From Catajapyx aquilonaris (lineage: Eukaryota): a stretch of DNA of 64,000 nt. Location: the NCBI GenBank assembly GCA_000934665.2, contig KZ538265.1, positions 1-64,000 on the forward strand. Reading direction: 5' to 3'. Of the stretch, positions 1-12,900 are shown piece after piece. The notes under the pieces are model-generated. The model was not told the origin of the DNA. It did no database searches and worked only from the letters and a program-made list of their open reading frames with translations. How positions within the stretch are numbered: the stretch's first letter is position 1; each line of letters begins with the position of its first letter. A program made the position numbers and the translations under genes.

Positions 1-690
1 ATAGACACCATTACCAGCAGCACTGTATATAGGTCTGCTCATGCGGAAACTGCAAGCTAGCCTCTGTTTACGGCTATGTGACTCCGCTCCTTCTCTCAGA
101 CTCCTCTTCACTATTTAGGTAGAGCGTGTGTTGCATTTTTCTTCTTTTGAAAAAAAGGAGTAGGCTACCCACCTTTCCCCGCTGACGCTACGCTTCCATT
201 GAATTCTATCCCTTTTTTGCCTTCAAAATCCCACAAAGTGTGTTTTTTTTTTTTGCGTAATCTATTCACGTTTTCCCTTTTTGATATTTCGGAACGGATT
301 TACCTGCTGATCTCATGAAGATACGACCCTCTTTTCATGTCTTTATATGCATTTAGCCTGATTACGCTGCGCTGAGGTGAGAGTCAGTTATGTCTCTGCA
401 CTCGGGAATGAATTTTTTGGCGGGAAACTACAGTATTGGGGTTGATGGTAACTTCACTCGGCAATGAAGGTAATGATAATGTGATGTAAGCGATGGGCCA
501 AGTGAGAAGTATAGATGTTTCTTCTGATACTGACTTACTTAATAAATAGCAATAAATAGCAGGTTATACGCGCCAGCAGCTACAGCTATAAAAATAAATG
601 TACAAAAGAGATAACTTCTGCATAACGACCATTTTTGTTGTACAGTGTCTGGTTTATTTTAATTATTATCGAATACCGTCACTGTTCAGA

Positions 691-1271
691 CCTGCTCCCT
701 CCCAGAAATGACGGTGGCCCGGCAACTGCTCAGGATCGCTGCAGTGTCCAGAGGACTAGGCTGGCCCTGCTCACGGGCTGCCCTGGTGACTCACGTCTGG
801 GAGGTGTTCAACACCTTTTGTCTACGGGCGGACGCAGTGCTGTCGGACATAAATGCCTAGCTTCGGGGCGGGACACTGGGCTAGGGCCTGTGGGATGCGT
901 ATGGGAGTGCTGCAGTAGAGTTGGGTCCTTGAGCACTCAGGGCATTGCTTCCCCCTCCCCCCATTTTCCCTTCCATACTTGTTTTTGCTTTTAGAAATCT
1001 TAAATTTGCATAAATTTACCGAAAACTTGCATTAAATGTACATTAAAATTAAACTGTTGTGAACTATCACCTTTTCAGATCTTATTTGGCTCAGCTTCAT
1101 TTTAAAATATAAATGCAATTTCTCTAACGTAAATTCTATTAATCGTTTGATTGGAGTTCCTTTTGTGAGGACAGTAAATGTAAATTCTTGTTCTTGATTA
1201 GCCTTTGAATAATTGTGGATGATGAGATACATTGGCGCGGGGCCTTTATGGTCGGGTCGCCGTAACTCTGA
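691..1271 (+). mobile_element. Probable 5'-truncated non-LTR retrotransposon (LINE, possibly R1-like) 3' remnant
   Basis: Flanked by an 11-bp direct repeat CACTGTTCAGA (680-690, 1272-1282). An unlisted frame reads TCSLPEMTVARQLLRIAAVSRGLGWPCSRAALVTHVWEVFNTFCLRADAVLSDINA* (TAG 858-860), which resembles the C-terminal tail of R1-type ORF2 proteins, followed by a UTR-like AT-rich stretch. The family assignment is inference. Confidence 0.45.
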
Positions 1272-3516
1272 CACTGTTCAGAGAAAGCATATAGGTGATA
1301 ATGCCTAACTGCCGTTACTTACACATTGTACTGTATACTGTAACGTATGATACACCAATCAATGTCGACGAAATATTTCAGCACTGCCTCCATCATATAA
1401 AATGCTATTGCGAAGGATCACCCCACAAGGTTCAATTATATTATTGTGTACCAATCGAAGGAGAGAAACTTTGGCCACGTTATGGTACTAGTATACAAGA
1501 GGTATTACAAACGCTGTGGCCAAACTCCAAAGGAACCCGATGGCGAGGGAAAGGCGCCTATGTGAGCCGACACCATCCTCGCTCTTATACAATGCGTTTT
1601 GCCTAACTTACAGGATCGCAGACTCACTCACAATCAGTGCCAGTATACTGTATAGGCTATATATGCCGGTAGGGCAACACCATGATATTGCAGCAACTCG
1701 TATATGATAGGGCGTTGACAAGGAATCCTCAGAGCCGGAATAAGACATTATCAGGCACGTTTTGATTATGTCATCGTCTACACAAAAAAATATACTCACA
1801 TACAATTATTCTGGAAGCATAAAATTCTGAGGGAGACGCTATATCACTGGATCTGACGCATGTAAACAGTGATGAACAACTCGTACATTATTCCAAGATG
1901 CTATTAACTAAGGTAATAAAGACAAGACATTGAGTTATAATTATAAAGAAACATTTCACCATAAAATTGTTAAAGGTGCACAGTTACGAGTGTATAGTTG
2001 CAGGTATTCCATTCTTCGTATCGTTGAAATAGTTACTGACAAAAACAACCGATCACAATGGAGCATAAAAACGTACCCCTGAAACGTTAATTGGAGCCAA
2101 GAGAAGCAAAGTTGCTATACAAACAGGTCTCCAGCAGCAGTCACTGGACATTTTGTTTTAAAATTACCCCCCNCCCCCCCTTCCCATTAAGCCCTCATTG
2201 ACACCAAGAAGAACGTAACGTGTGTATAATTATGCCACTTGAAAAACAAGAAGTTTTGTGAGCGTGGGATTTCGTGCTCATGTTCTTTAGACTGTGTGTG
2301 TGAATGTGACATGAGTGCTCGTAAGAACCTTGTCGCATTTTTCTTTTACCTCGGCGCTACCCTCTGTATACCAACAGAAACCAAAGAAAAGACAAGAGTG
2401 TAGTGCTCAATCTTTGTTGACTGTTATGTATAAAGCCCTTGTTCTGCTGTACATGGCTGTATAGTGACCGAGGGCAGCAGCAGCAGTGGGTTTCCAGCAG
2501 GAGTCACCCCTTCTGGCCCAATTTGCCCTTCAAACAATGTTTCCTTTGTGGAGGGCATAAGCGGCAGCCTGCAGCTGGGATAATAGCCGTTGGAGTGTTG
2601 CAGCAAGTGTCGCGACTTTTGGGGCCTTCCATTCTGCGCAGTTCGCAGGGCGTGAGGGAGTGGCGGTCCTCTCATATTTTAGTCAAGTCGCACCACCAGT
2701 CCTCCTTTGTGTCCCTTCACGTATGCTTCACACACGGCTCCAGCAGCAGTCCTCTCCCTCTTACATATAACGTTTCATTTTTAGTGTTGGGACATTTTCG
2801 CAACGTATCGGACCTTTCTTTCAGCCCCAGTGGTAGGCCCCTCCTCAATAAGCTGCTCGTTTATACCACGCAATTGTATTGATGCGAGGTGTGTACAGGC
2901 CTGTTTTTTTTTTAAATCTCAGTAACATGGCTCTTACACAGTGTACGTAGTTGATATCGCTGATGTGTTAGAATAATATTATTTATGTCGTCATGAATCA
3001 TGCGCCTGAATGTTAATGCAGTTTGTAAACATAAAAGGCGAGCGCATAGCAGGCAGCAGTCCCAGATGAAATATAATGGTAACGCCAAAGGCAACTCCTA
3101 TATATTAATTTATCAATTACAAGGCATTATCGCACGCGCCTTTCCCCATGAATATTGCATAATAGCGCCGCGGAAAACCATTTAGGACATTGAGTTATTG
3201 ATTTTGCATGAACTAATTTATGAAAGACACAACCAAGTATCGTGTTCATTGACCCCGCTGCATTACAGTATACTTTCATCTGTTTCTTGCTGTTTAGGAC
3301 CGCGGTGGCAGCCATAATTTCAGCAGATGCCTATATTGTATACAAGGTGGTGCACTACTCAAGTCCACACAGTTCAAGAGGATGGTTGGGTAAGATGTGG
3401 ATTGTTCAGGTCTTAAGCCCAGTACAATTCACTTATCCTGCCTGTTGTTTTTCATTCAACTGGTTGCTGGAATGAACTATATACACAACTGCGTCCCTAT
3501 TATATACAGTAGATCT

Positions 3517-3942
3517 ACCGAAGCAGCAGTAGCTGAGGGGATTTGGTATCCGGCTGCAAATCGGGAGGTCCAGGGATCAAATCCCCAGGCCGGCAACTCT
3601 GACCGTGGTTTTCTGTGGTTTCCCACGGTCACCCCCAGGTGAATACCGGAGTTGTTTCCTAATCGTAGGCCACAGCCGCTTCCTGCCTTCCCTATCCCTG
3701 CCCCGTACTGGAGGAGGTGCGGCGTTTGTGGGAGGCCTCTTACCCGCACCTAGAGGGTCGTCTTTCAACCTAGCCCTCTGGGGGACTGCACACGGCCTCC
3801 GCCATGAGACATTGCACTTGCACCACTGTCCCCCCCTCCATTCCAGCACCGGAGAGTTAGAAAATGGTAGAAAAAACCTCCCCCCTACATAAGCCAGAAG
3901 GCTTCAAGGGTGTAATTTAAAAAAAAAATATATATATATATA
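3517..3942 (+). mobile_element. Full-length tRNA-derived SINE (family A)
   Basis: Pol III A-box-like TAGCTGAGGGG (3530-3540) and B-box-like GGATCAAATCC (3574-3584). The body GGTTTTCTGTGGTTTCCC...AGGCCACAGCCGCTTCCT resembles insect SINE cores. A-run plus (TA)n tail. 16-bp TSD TATATACAGTAGATCT at 3501-3516 and 3943-3958. Confidence 0.85.
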
Positions 3943-6900
3943 TATATACAGTAGATCTGGGAACTGGCAGTGCACCATCCTGTATAGTGTAGGCCTAATA
4001 TGATATGAATCATTCTTCAATCCATGACAAACGAGCATTGCAGAAAGGGAAAGAAAAGTATTTCGCAAGACAGAAGTCACGTAAGTCTCCTCCCTGGCTC
4101 CTCCTAAAAATAATATAGATTGTCCCAAATGTGTTGCACGTCCTATCCTCAAATGATTAGATTGCACCGGGTGTAGTTCTCTGCTGGGGATGATGCAGCA
4201 TCAGCAGCCACCAGCCAACCAACTAGCCAACCGACCAATCCAGCAGTCAGGCAGGCAGGGACAGGGGCAGGGGGTTGAATCTAATTAGTAAAGAGCAGGC
4301 AAGTCCGTGAGTCTGGCCCTCGAGGAAACAAAGCGAGCGGGGCTTGCCCTTGTGATGCTGGTGGCTGCCGCTGTCTGCTGCCCCCGCATGCAAATGACGA
4401 CTGCAGAGCTTCTCCACTCAACATCCCGAGTGGTCCACAAGTAGTGTTGATTTGGCAGTGCCTGTCTTCTCTCCCTCCTCGCCTCCCCCCTACATATACC
4501 CCTCCCATGGCCTCGCTCTTTTCCATTTTCTCTTCACCCCTATTTCCCGCCAATACTCACCATGCTGCTCATATAGCATGTTCCCTCAAGGTTCATCTTC
4601 TTGGTAAATAATGCAGGTAAATGTGCTCAAATAATATTGCTTCATCAGAAATTTATTAAAATTGGCGACACATTATTTCATTCACAACTTGAATCGTATC
4701 CCGTGTATTTTGGGCTCGTGACTATGTGATCAACAATGCTGTTATAATTGCCTCTGGATAGCACAGGATATAGGGGTTGGAGAGAGGAGGGGTTGAGAGG
4801 AGGAACATCTTGTTGTGTGCGGCGGGAGGGTGCAAGTTAGGCAAACACAGCAGNNNNNNNNNCAGACTTGTAAGGGGGGGGGGGGGGAGAATCAGCAGCA
4901 GCGACGGAGCGCTCTCTTCCTTGATCTCTTGTAGTCGGATTTTTGCTGGAGGGCGAATTAAAGGGCCGTCGAGGGCCCCATTGGATCCATCCGTGCTCAC
5001 GACGACGACTCGAGAGCCTTAATAATTAGAGGGAACCGGGGCCTTTGGCGGGACCTTGCTTGCTGGAGACAAGAGGCCAACTCGCCTCCAATTCACATCC
5101 TCTTCTCTCTTATTTGGCCGATCCTGCTGACGGATACTAGTATATGCGTCACATCAGAGAAAGGATGCGGAGACTTGTGTGTGCCGCCTGTTTTTATCAC
5201 GTTTTCATGATAAAAAGCCTGGAGTTGCTCCTGAAGGACCGCGTCTCAAATGTAAGCATCACACGGGGTAGGCCTTCGTTATGCATGGGATTATACCGGA
5301 CGTAAAAGGAGAAAGGCCACGTGTGTCTATTGAGTTTCAATCAAATCATCCACCTTTGTTATGACAAAAAGAGAGACAAGTTTCCAATAGGAAGCTCCTC
5401 TCTTATGCACGCCTTCTGGAGCACGTTATAGTTATAGTTGTATGGTATTTGCAACCAGTGCTCGGAACATGGTATAATTATACACTTTATAGTCCCGCGA
5501 TTTTCAGCTGGGGGGTTCATTACATCATCTTCCAACATGAGGAAGAAACAACAATTTTTATTAGTGCTGCACAATTATTTATTTTAGTATTTACGTACTA
5601 TTATTCGTCCAATGTTCTTTAATAATAATTGCTTAATAATACTTGATAATACTGTAAGTAATTTGGTTCCAAAAAATTGCTAGCTTGCCCCTGAATTCTT
5701 CATTTTGCCGTACAACCAGTGAAGGTCTTACGTCATTACATGTTATATTACGTACAGAGAAAGCAATAGCTGCGCTGAAATGGGACAATCCACACTGTCG
5801 ATTCGAATTAGAATAAAATTGTGGGATGAAGAGGTCACGATGCGGCACTGTATATATACATGTTCTTCTCGTCTTATTGATCCGTAAATCTGGAGGCGCG
5901 CAGGATATCATCCAGCATCAGTCAGCCCTCGCCTTTTCCTTTACCCGCTTCCATTCCGCCGATGATCACATTTCCTACCACCTATATATACACACTATAT
6001 CTCGTCAGTATATATACTGCACAATCCCCCGCAACATATCGAGATATGGTGGCATCACAAGCCCATTTCAGCATCATTCCCTGCCTGGTCCAACTGCTTG
6101 TGTCCTCTCCCCAATTTCTCTGAGCTCATTTCGAGACATTAGGAGGCGGAATTGGGAGGACTCATTGGATTTGGTTGGAGGCCCTTATTGTTCTTTCGAT
6201 CCTAACTGACACAAGCCGCCTTTGTCACCACTGCCGTGCCATTTTTATCCACTTGCACTCGATGCCCTCTCAGGCCTGGAGGGGATGATTGGCCTTTATA
6301 TATATCTTATCGGGAGCTTTTTCGTACATAGCTCTTCAGTCGGGAGTAAAAACCAATTATTGCAGAATTCTTCTGAGCCCTGAGTTCAATCTTCATGGTG
6401 TCATTTTTTCCTGCAGATTTAATTGAAGTTCAGAAAAAACGTGGAGAAATAGCAGGTGCCCATACGCTCCCGCACGCAATCATAAGACAGAAATGATGCT
6501 GATAGAATAATGTATGATGGATTCGTATTAACAGTTAGGCACCTATATCTAAAATTGTCCTGCGTTTCTATAAGGGCAAATTAATCTCTTGATATTTACA
6601 TGCGATTTTCATCGTTGGCAAAAGAATCTCGAATAAATTATTGGATGAGGATGCAGGGACGTGTATGGAGAGTATATGTCTTTCCTGCGTGAGGGAGAGT
6701 GCACTGTAATTATTCATTGCCTGGTATACAGAGTGATAATAATCCGAAGGGCGGACGCCAGCCTTGATTGGGTCATTGGACATCTGCCACAACTGTACCA
6801 AACACAAAGTTGACGAGCTAAGGGAAAGCAAATGGAAAGCGAGTCAATAAAAAGGAGGGTCCGCTCTGTCGAAGGTTGTTCCCCGCATCGGAAGAGAACC

Positions 6901-9900
6901 CTTGTCAGATGAAAGCTAGCAATCACTGGTAATATTGACACAAGCGGTGCAACTCACTGCTGCGGCCAATGCTTCAAGGCATATTGCCTTGTTACACAGT
7001 CAGATGCTTCAGATTTCACTACTTGTAACTGGATCTATACTCTCACCTTCACATCAGACTCTGCTGCACAATAAACAGGTATATATGCACAGTGTCTGTT
7101 TACATAAAAAAAGAGACGGAATTAGCAGCCGAATTCTTGCACAGCACGCACAACATTTTCCTGCTGGTGAATCTAAAACAGGCCCGTCTTTCCGTGGGTG
7201 TATACAGTATAGTTACATACACGTGCGTTTTGTTTCATTTTCCACCTGACAAGTACACACCAGCCCAAAGTCAACATGTAATTTTAACAAGGCAGTGTGT
7301 GTGCTAATGCAGGCAAAAGGTCGGTCTGGGATGGATGTGATGGGTGGAGGGTGTGTGGGTTAGGGGTGGGAGTATAGTTGATATAGTGGGGGGGAAATCT
7401 ACTGAGGCGAAGAAAATCGTGATAATTGCCCCGATGCGGGGTTCCCTGGGTTGCATCAATATGGGAATGCATCCGGAGAATAATGGTCGGGAGAGAAAGG
7501 GAGTATATAGGGAGAGACCGGGAGAGTGAGCCATTGCATTTGCATGATCAACTCATGCTGGGGTTTTGATATGGGCTTGTGGGAAAAAGGGGGGGAATTT
7601 TGGTGGTGGTGGTGATGGGGGGTTAGGGGAAGGGGAGGGCGCGTACGGTCGGCACCACTCGATTGACAGATGTTATTAACCCGACGAAGCAGCATTATCG
7701 ACGGTGAGGAGGGCGTCGGCTTTGCGAACCAATCACAAAATGGTCAAGTGCCGTATTACATGGCCGACGCAGGACGTGACGTATTTTCTTTCATTTGATT
7801 GTTGGATAAAATTAGTTGTGATGCTGCAAGCGTGGACAGGTCCCCCATCTTTATTATCCATGCATCCATGTGAGACAAGGCCCTTTTTGACTGCCTCCTG
7901 TTGTATACATATAGGTCTACCCGGGCCTACCCTATTTGTGTTTGTGTTTCAGGTGTTGTTCTCTCTATGGAAAAAAAGTTTAGGGACTTAATTTACCCTG
8001 TGGCCTCTGGAATAGATGGAATGCCGATGATTGTATATATTGCGAAGATGCGTTACATCAGAATTTTTTCAGCAGTTTGGCATCTGGTTGGTGATTCCAG
8101 CAGGTGCTGCGGAATAACACAAGGCACTCAATACTGATGTACTTCACATAGCTTTCCATCATCTCGGATAAACAGCGACCTGATGTAGTTCCACTCACCT
8201 GAAGATGATTTGAGAGGACGAGAGGGTCTATTATTGTATTGTTTAATATGGGTTGTGGACGAGCAATATGCCAATAGTGGAAATCTGCCCTTGTATCAGT
8301 TGTATGACTGTTGGGTGATTATTTATATTGAGGTTATTTGTGATTGTATTTAGTTTGGATAAAATTTTTTGATAAGGGCATTCCATCAGATAAGTGTCAT
8401 ATCGGGTGCCATCTGGATGGGGGGTTGCAAGCCACAGCATAGTCTACTGCAATTACATGTGCACGTACTAGTGTTGGGTTAGTGCTGTTTAGTTTGGGAT
8501 TTGTCTGAATTTTGTAATTAATATTGTGAAGTTTTTAATGATTGTCGTTGATTTAGGTCTGTCATGCTTTTAAGCAATATTTTATCATTGACTTGTTATG
8601 GTATTTTGCAGGGTAAAAGCAGCACACTCCCTTTACTATATATTGACCATCTGACCTGCTGAGACACTGCCTTGCTGTATAGACAAGCAGCCTTCTTCTT
8701 CCCCCACCCCCCACCGATGTAGCTTTATATTCGTCGGAGGCCCCACCTCTCAATCAGAGCTGGGCCACCGTCAATTTCGTCCTGCCAGCAATCCTTCCAT
8801 CAATCCGTTGTGGAGGCTGCTGCAGCCAGATGCAGCATCCCGAAGAGAGAAAGAGATCAATCCGTGAGTGCAGCCCTCCTATAGAGAGCCGGAATCAGAG
8901 TCGGACTGCCTTTCCCATGCTGCACCGTCGTCCATTTTGGTCCCCGCTGAACAAAGCTCCCGCCTTACCTTTTTGCCTTTCAGCCTGCCAAATGGGGCCT
9001 TCGCAGCCTCCCGGGGCGGGTGCGGGACTGAAAGGCAGTTATGTGCTCTTCCCTTCCCTCCGGACGTGATTGCTTTGTCAGAGCCCGTCTCTGAAGGGGC
9101 CCGCGTGACAGTGCGTCGGTGACATACACGTCACAACTTAAAGCCTCTTTATTTAGGAGCCCTCCACCACGTTATATAGCCCTTCTTCATCACCTGCGCC
9201 ACGGCCTTTCTGCGCACCACTTGGGGGGACATTTCGTTGTCTAAGATTACAATAATTTTGCATCCGTACAATTGTGTACGGTTGGTCCAGAATTCGGGCT
9301 TTCATTCGTGCCCATTTTCATATTTGACCAGCAGTTAGACCGAGCTGTCAGCAGAATGTCTTATTTAAATGCAGATGCTGGCAAATTTATTTCACATACA
9401 TTGTCGCATCAAAGACAACTGGCCTATTTAAAAATAATAGTTTTAATAATTAGTACACCATATGTGTAGAAGGTGTAAACTTTTGCTTCATATTAATGAG
9501 GTCTGAATAAAAAATAATAGTATATTATTGTACTGTACGTTAGAAATCATGAGAGCAATGTAATATTTTAGTGCCGTATTCATTCAAGCACATAATTATA
9601 AGCAACCTCCACGGTTGGAAAATACCATTGTTATTTAATAGCCACCCGAGTGCTGTCGACAATCGTCCTTCACCACCTTTTACCCTCCAACATCACTCGG
9701 GAGCGGGACAAAAGACAAGCGCGCGAAATTCCCTCCAATGGAAGTGTTGTCCATGCAAAGTACACTCCGGTCCACACATCATCACATTATACACAGAGAG
9801 GGAACCCCTTTCGGTATATAGCTGCACCTGGCCAGCTTCTTCCTCCATTTTTATACCCTCGTGATTCCATATCGTTTGATTGTACTGCAGCAGCACCTGC

Positions 9901-12900
9901 GACACGCCCTTCCTCGTCTCCACGTGCCGGACATGCTGCCGTTTTCTTTCGGCGGCATTCCCCCTAATGACACGTAAGATGGCCTCATCCTCCTCCTCCG
10001 TCCGACCTGTAAAAAGAACTCACCATAACGGACGAGATTTCCATGAACAGGAAGCAGACGCTGCGGAGGTAACCCGAACTGAGCAGCTGGATCTGGCAGC
10101 ATGCAGCAGTCAAGACAGGAAGTGTGTCTTCGGAGGTCTTTTTCTTATTCGAAATGGCCCCGCTCTCTCTCTTAACGGTCGACTTTCGTATAGATTCAAA
10201 ACAGGGTGGTGCATGGTGGACTGTAAAACCAACAGTTCAAGATATGCATGGATATGTTGATACTGGCGTAAACAGTCCGTCGAACTGTTTAGTATGCGAA
10301 CAAGAATTACTTTTAAATCCTGTTGGGAGCAGAAGAAGCTTACGAGCCCAATGCCATCCTTCAACTGCCAGAAAATCTTTGCACAAACAACCGAGGTCTT
10401 TATGAAGAGCATTGTCCGACCGGGGGGGCGTTTGAATCGACAAACTCCTGTTTAAAACAGTCTCGGTGCTGCGACAAATACAGCATTGTGATCCTGGCCT
10501 GTTGGCCACCAGCGGCAGAGCGCCGTTTCCGCCTTTTCAATGGCGGTTTCCTCCCTCTTTTTCCTATTTCCCGATTACAATGGATAAGCCGATTGCCCGG
10601 AGGTTTGGAAAGGGTTAATCTTCAAAGCGGGTGTAAAGAGCCTGCTGGTGGTTGGTGGTGGTGATGATGATGATGTCCTTCCGCAGGCCATCGTCGGAGC
10701 TACTCAACCGCATTCATATGTCTTGAGGTCATCCGATCACCGAACTGCTCTAATCGGATTAACCAAAGATTTCACGTCTGCTTGCTACCCTTTCATCCGG
10801 CGACAAGGGTCAACACCAGAAGCCTTTGCTGCACACAGGAACACGTTCTGCATGCAAATGGAGCAGGCTTATGAACCGTGATTAATATTATGTCAATCAT
10901 TCGACTTATGCATTGTGTTGAAAGGGATCGATGCTGTCAGGAGAAATTATTCTAACAAAACGTGGACACTTTTATAATTTTACTGATATGATTTAGCCAA
11001 ATTTTCATACAAGATACAACAAAATGTGACTCTGGTTTTATAGCCAGTGGCCTACTCTTTAGATCAATCTGGGGCTCCATGTATGTTGGGCGAATTTATT
11101 ATAATATTAATTCGGATGAATTGAGTATTGCATTTTTGCCTGTGGATTGAGTGGTAAAAATTCACCGGAGTGGATTAATCCTGGAGCGAAGGTCATGTCC
11201 CGGAATAACAAGATCAGCGCCAGGCAGAAGCACATGCAGTTAGTCGGTTCCTTGCCAGAGGGAAAGAGGGGGGGGGGACCTATAGGTTGATGGAGAGTGA
11301 AGAAAGAGGTAGGCAGGGGGTCCTGGTAATGAGCCCTCACCCACCAGGACATTCACAAGCGTCAAGAATAACAAGCCGCCACCTAATCGCTGCTGCTGCT
11401 GCTTCTGAGATGTCTGCTGCCGATATATGGAAATATATAACACGGCTCTCACGGGAGGGACGCCTTATTCTCATGGAATATATAATAAGTGGAGAATTGA
11501 CCAACTGCTGGGGGAGAATAACACAGATTTGTTATCACGTGTGCTCACAATTTACCTCAGCAATCTGTCAGCCTTTAATAATTTACAATCAACCTATGGT
11601 GAAGCTTACGGAATTTGTGTTCCGACCTGTCAATCCTCTTTTCCCAATTACTCTTCCTTACTTCCGGAAGACCCACCGCAAAAGGACAAGTCGGCTACAG
11701 CAGGACCCCAGAGTATTGCATTGAGGGTCTCCCGAAAACGTTGCGACGATACAAGTGGCAACCGGTTCTTCGCGTCGATCTGATTTCACGCCAGGTCTTC
11801 AGGGCAGATCTGCTCCAGTAAATTAACCCGATGAGGTGCCGCTGTCGGACCTTGTATGTAGCAAGTCCGCGGATGGATGCGGGGGCTTTTGGGGACGGGC
11901 CTTTGGCTTTCCTTTTCACCCGCCTGCCAGCTCCCATCTTGCACGCTCCTCGACTCTTTCTCACAAATCCTGAACTCTATAATGGGATTATTGCCCAGAA
12001 CCAGTCTCGCTCTTCTCTAGAATGCCCCCTCGGCCTCATTGGACTCTAATCACCGTTTCAACCGCGATGGAATTTTGTGTCAGGTTGCTGTAAGGGAGAC
12101 GAGGGATCTGTATAGCTTGTATACATGCAAGGAAGAATGAGGAACTTGGTGATTATTCCACGACATTGGGTTATTGTAGTTTCCAGATACCGCGAGGGAG
12201 TTTCAGAAAAGCCCGAGGGACATGAAACTGTCAGAAACTTGCCTTGTAGAGTGAGATAATGGTTGTAAGCTTGGCAGGGATTAACGCAAATAAGGCCCAC
12301 TTTTCGGGACAATGTTGTGATGGTTGCTTATTGAGCGAAGGGGAATAATAATTTTGCCAGGATTCAAACGGCTGCAGTGTACTCCAGATTCGTGAATTTT
12401 GGTAACAATAGTTATACTGTACCTATATAAGGTATAAAAAAAAGGATGAGGCGACTCTTCTGCAATTCTGATTCTTAATCACCGAGGGAAATACTGTATA
12501 TACATACAGTATACTCGTTTTCCTAAGCACATGTGATTCTCTTATAGTTTCAAATTGGAGATTTGGATTAATTATATACTGCAGCAGAAATGTACCGGTA
12601 CACTGTGTTTTAGTAACTTATAATTACGATATTGACAACGTCCTAGATTGATTTCCTGATGGGAACCAGAGGATTATGTGATGTAAGTTATGTTTGGTCC
12701 AGGCAACATTATTACTGGGATTATATTCGCATGAATTGTATAGTAAAAGAGAGAAATAAGCCTCGAAAACACAATTTCCTGTATGTGGCGGATACTGTGT
12801 GTGACACTTTCAATTTATTGTCTATACTACGTACACTAATGGGAAGCAGTTTGAATTATAACTGCATCAGGCTGCATGGTAAGTTGTATAGGTGTTACCA

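Noticed and set aside
1219..1271. Possible SECIS element or hammerhead ribozyme
   Set aside because: No apical AA motif and no selenoprotein CDS nearby; the core is GAUGAUGA rather than CUGAUGA, with no GAAA partner.
9880..10664. Cluster of overlapping 80-126 aa ORFs
   Set aside because: No recognisable domain, no consistent splice signals, and several frames are open equally; probably non-coding.
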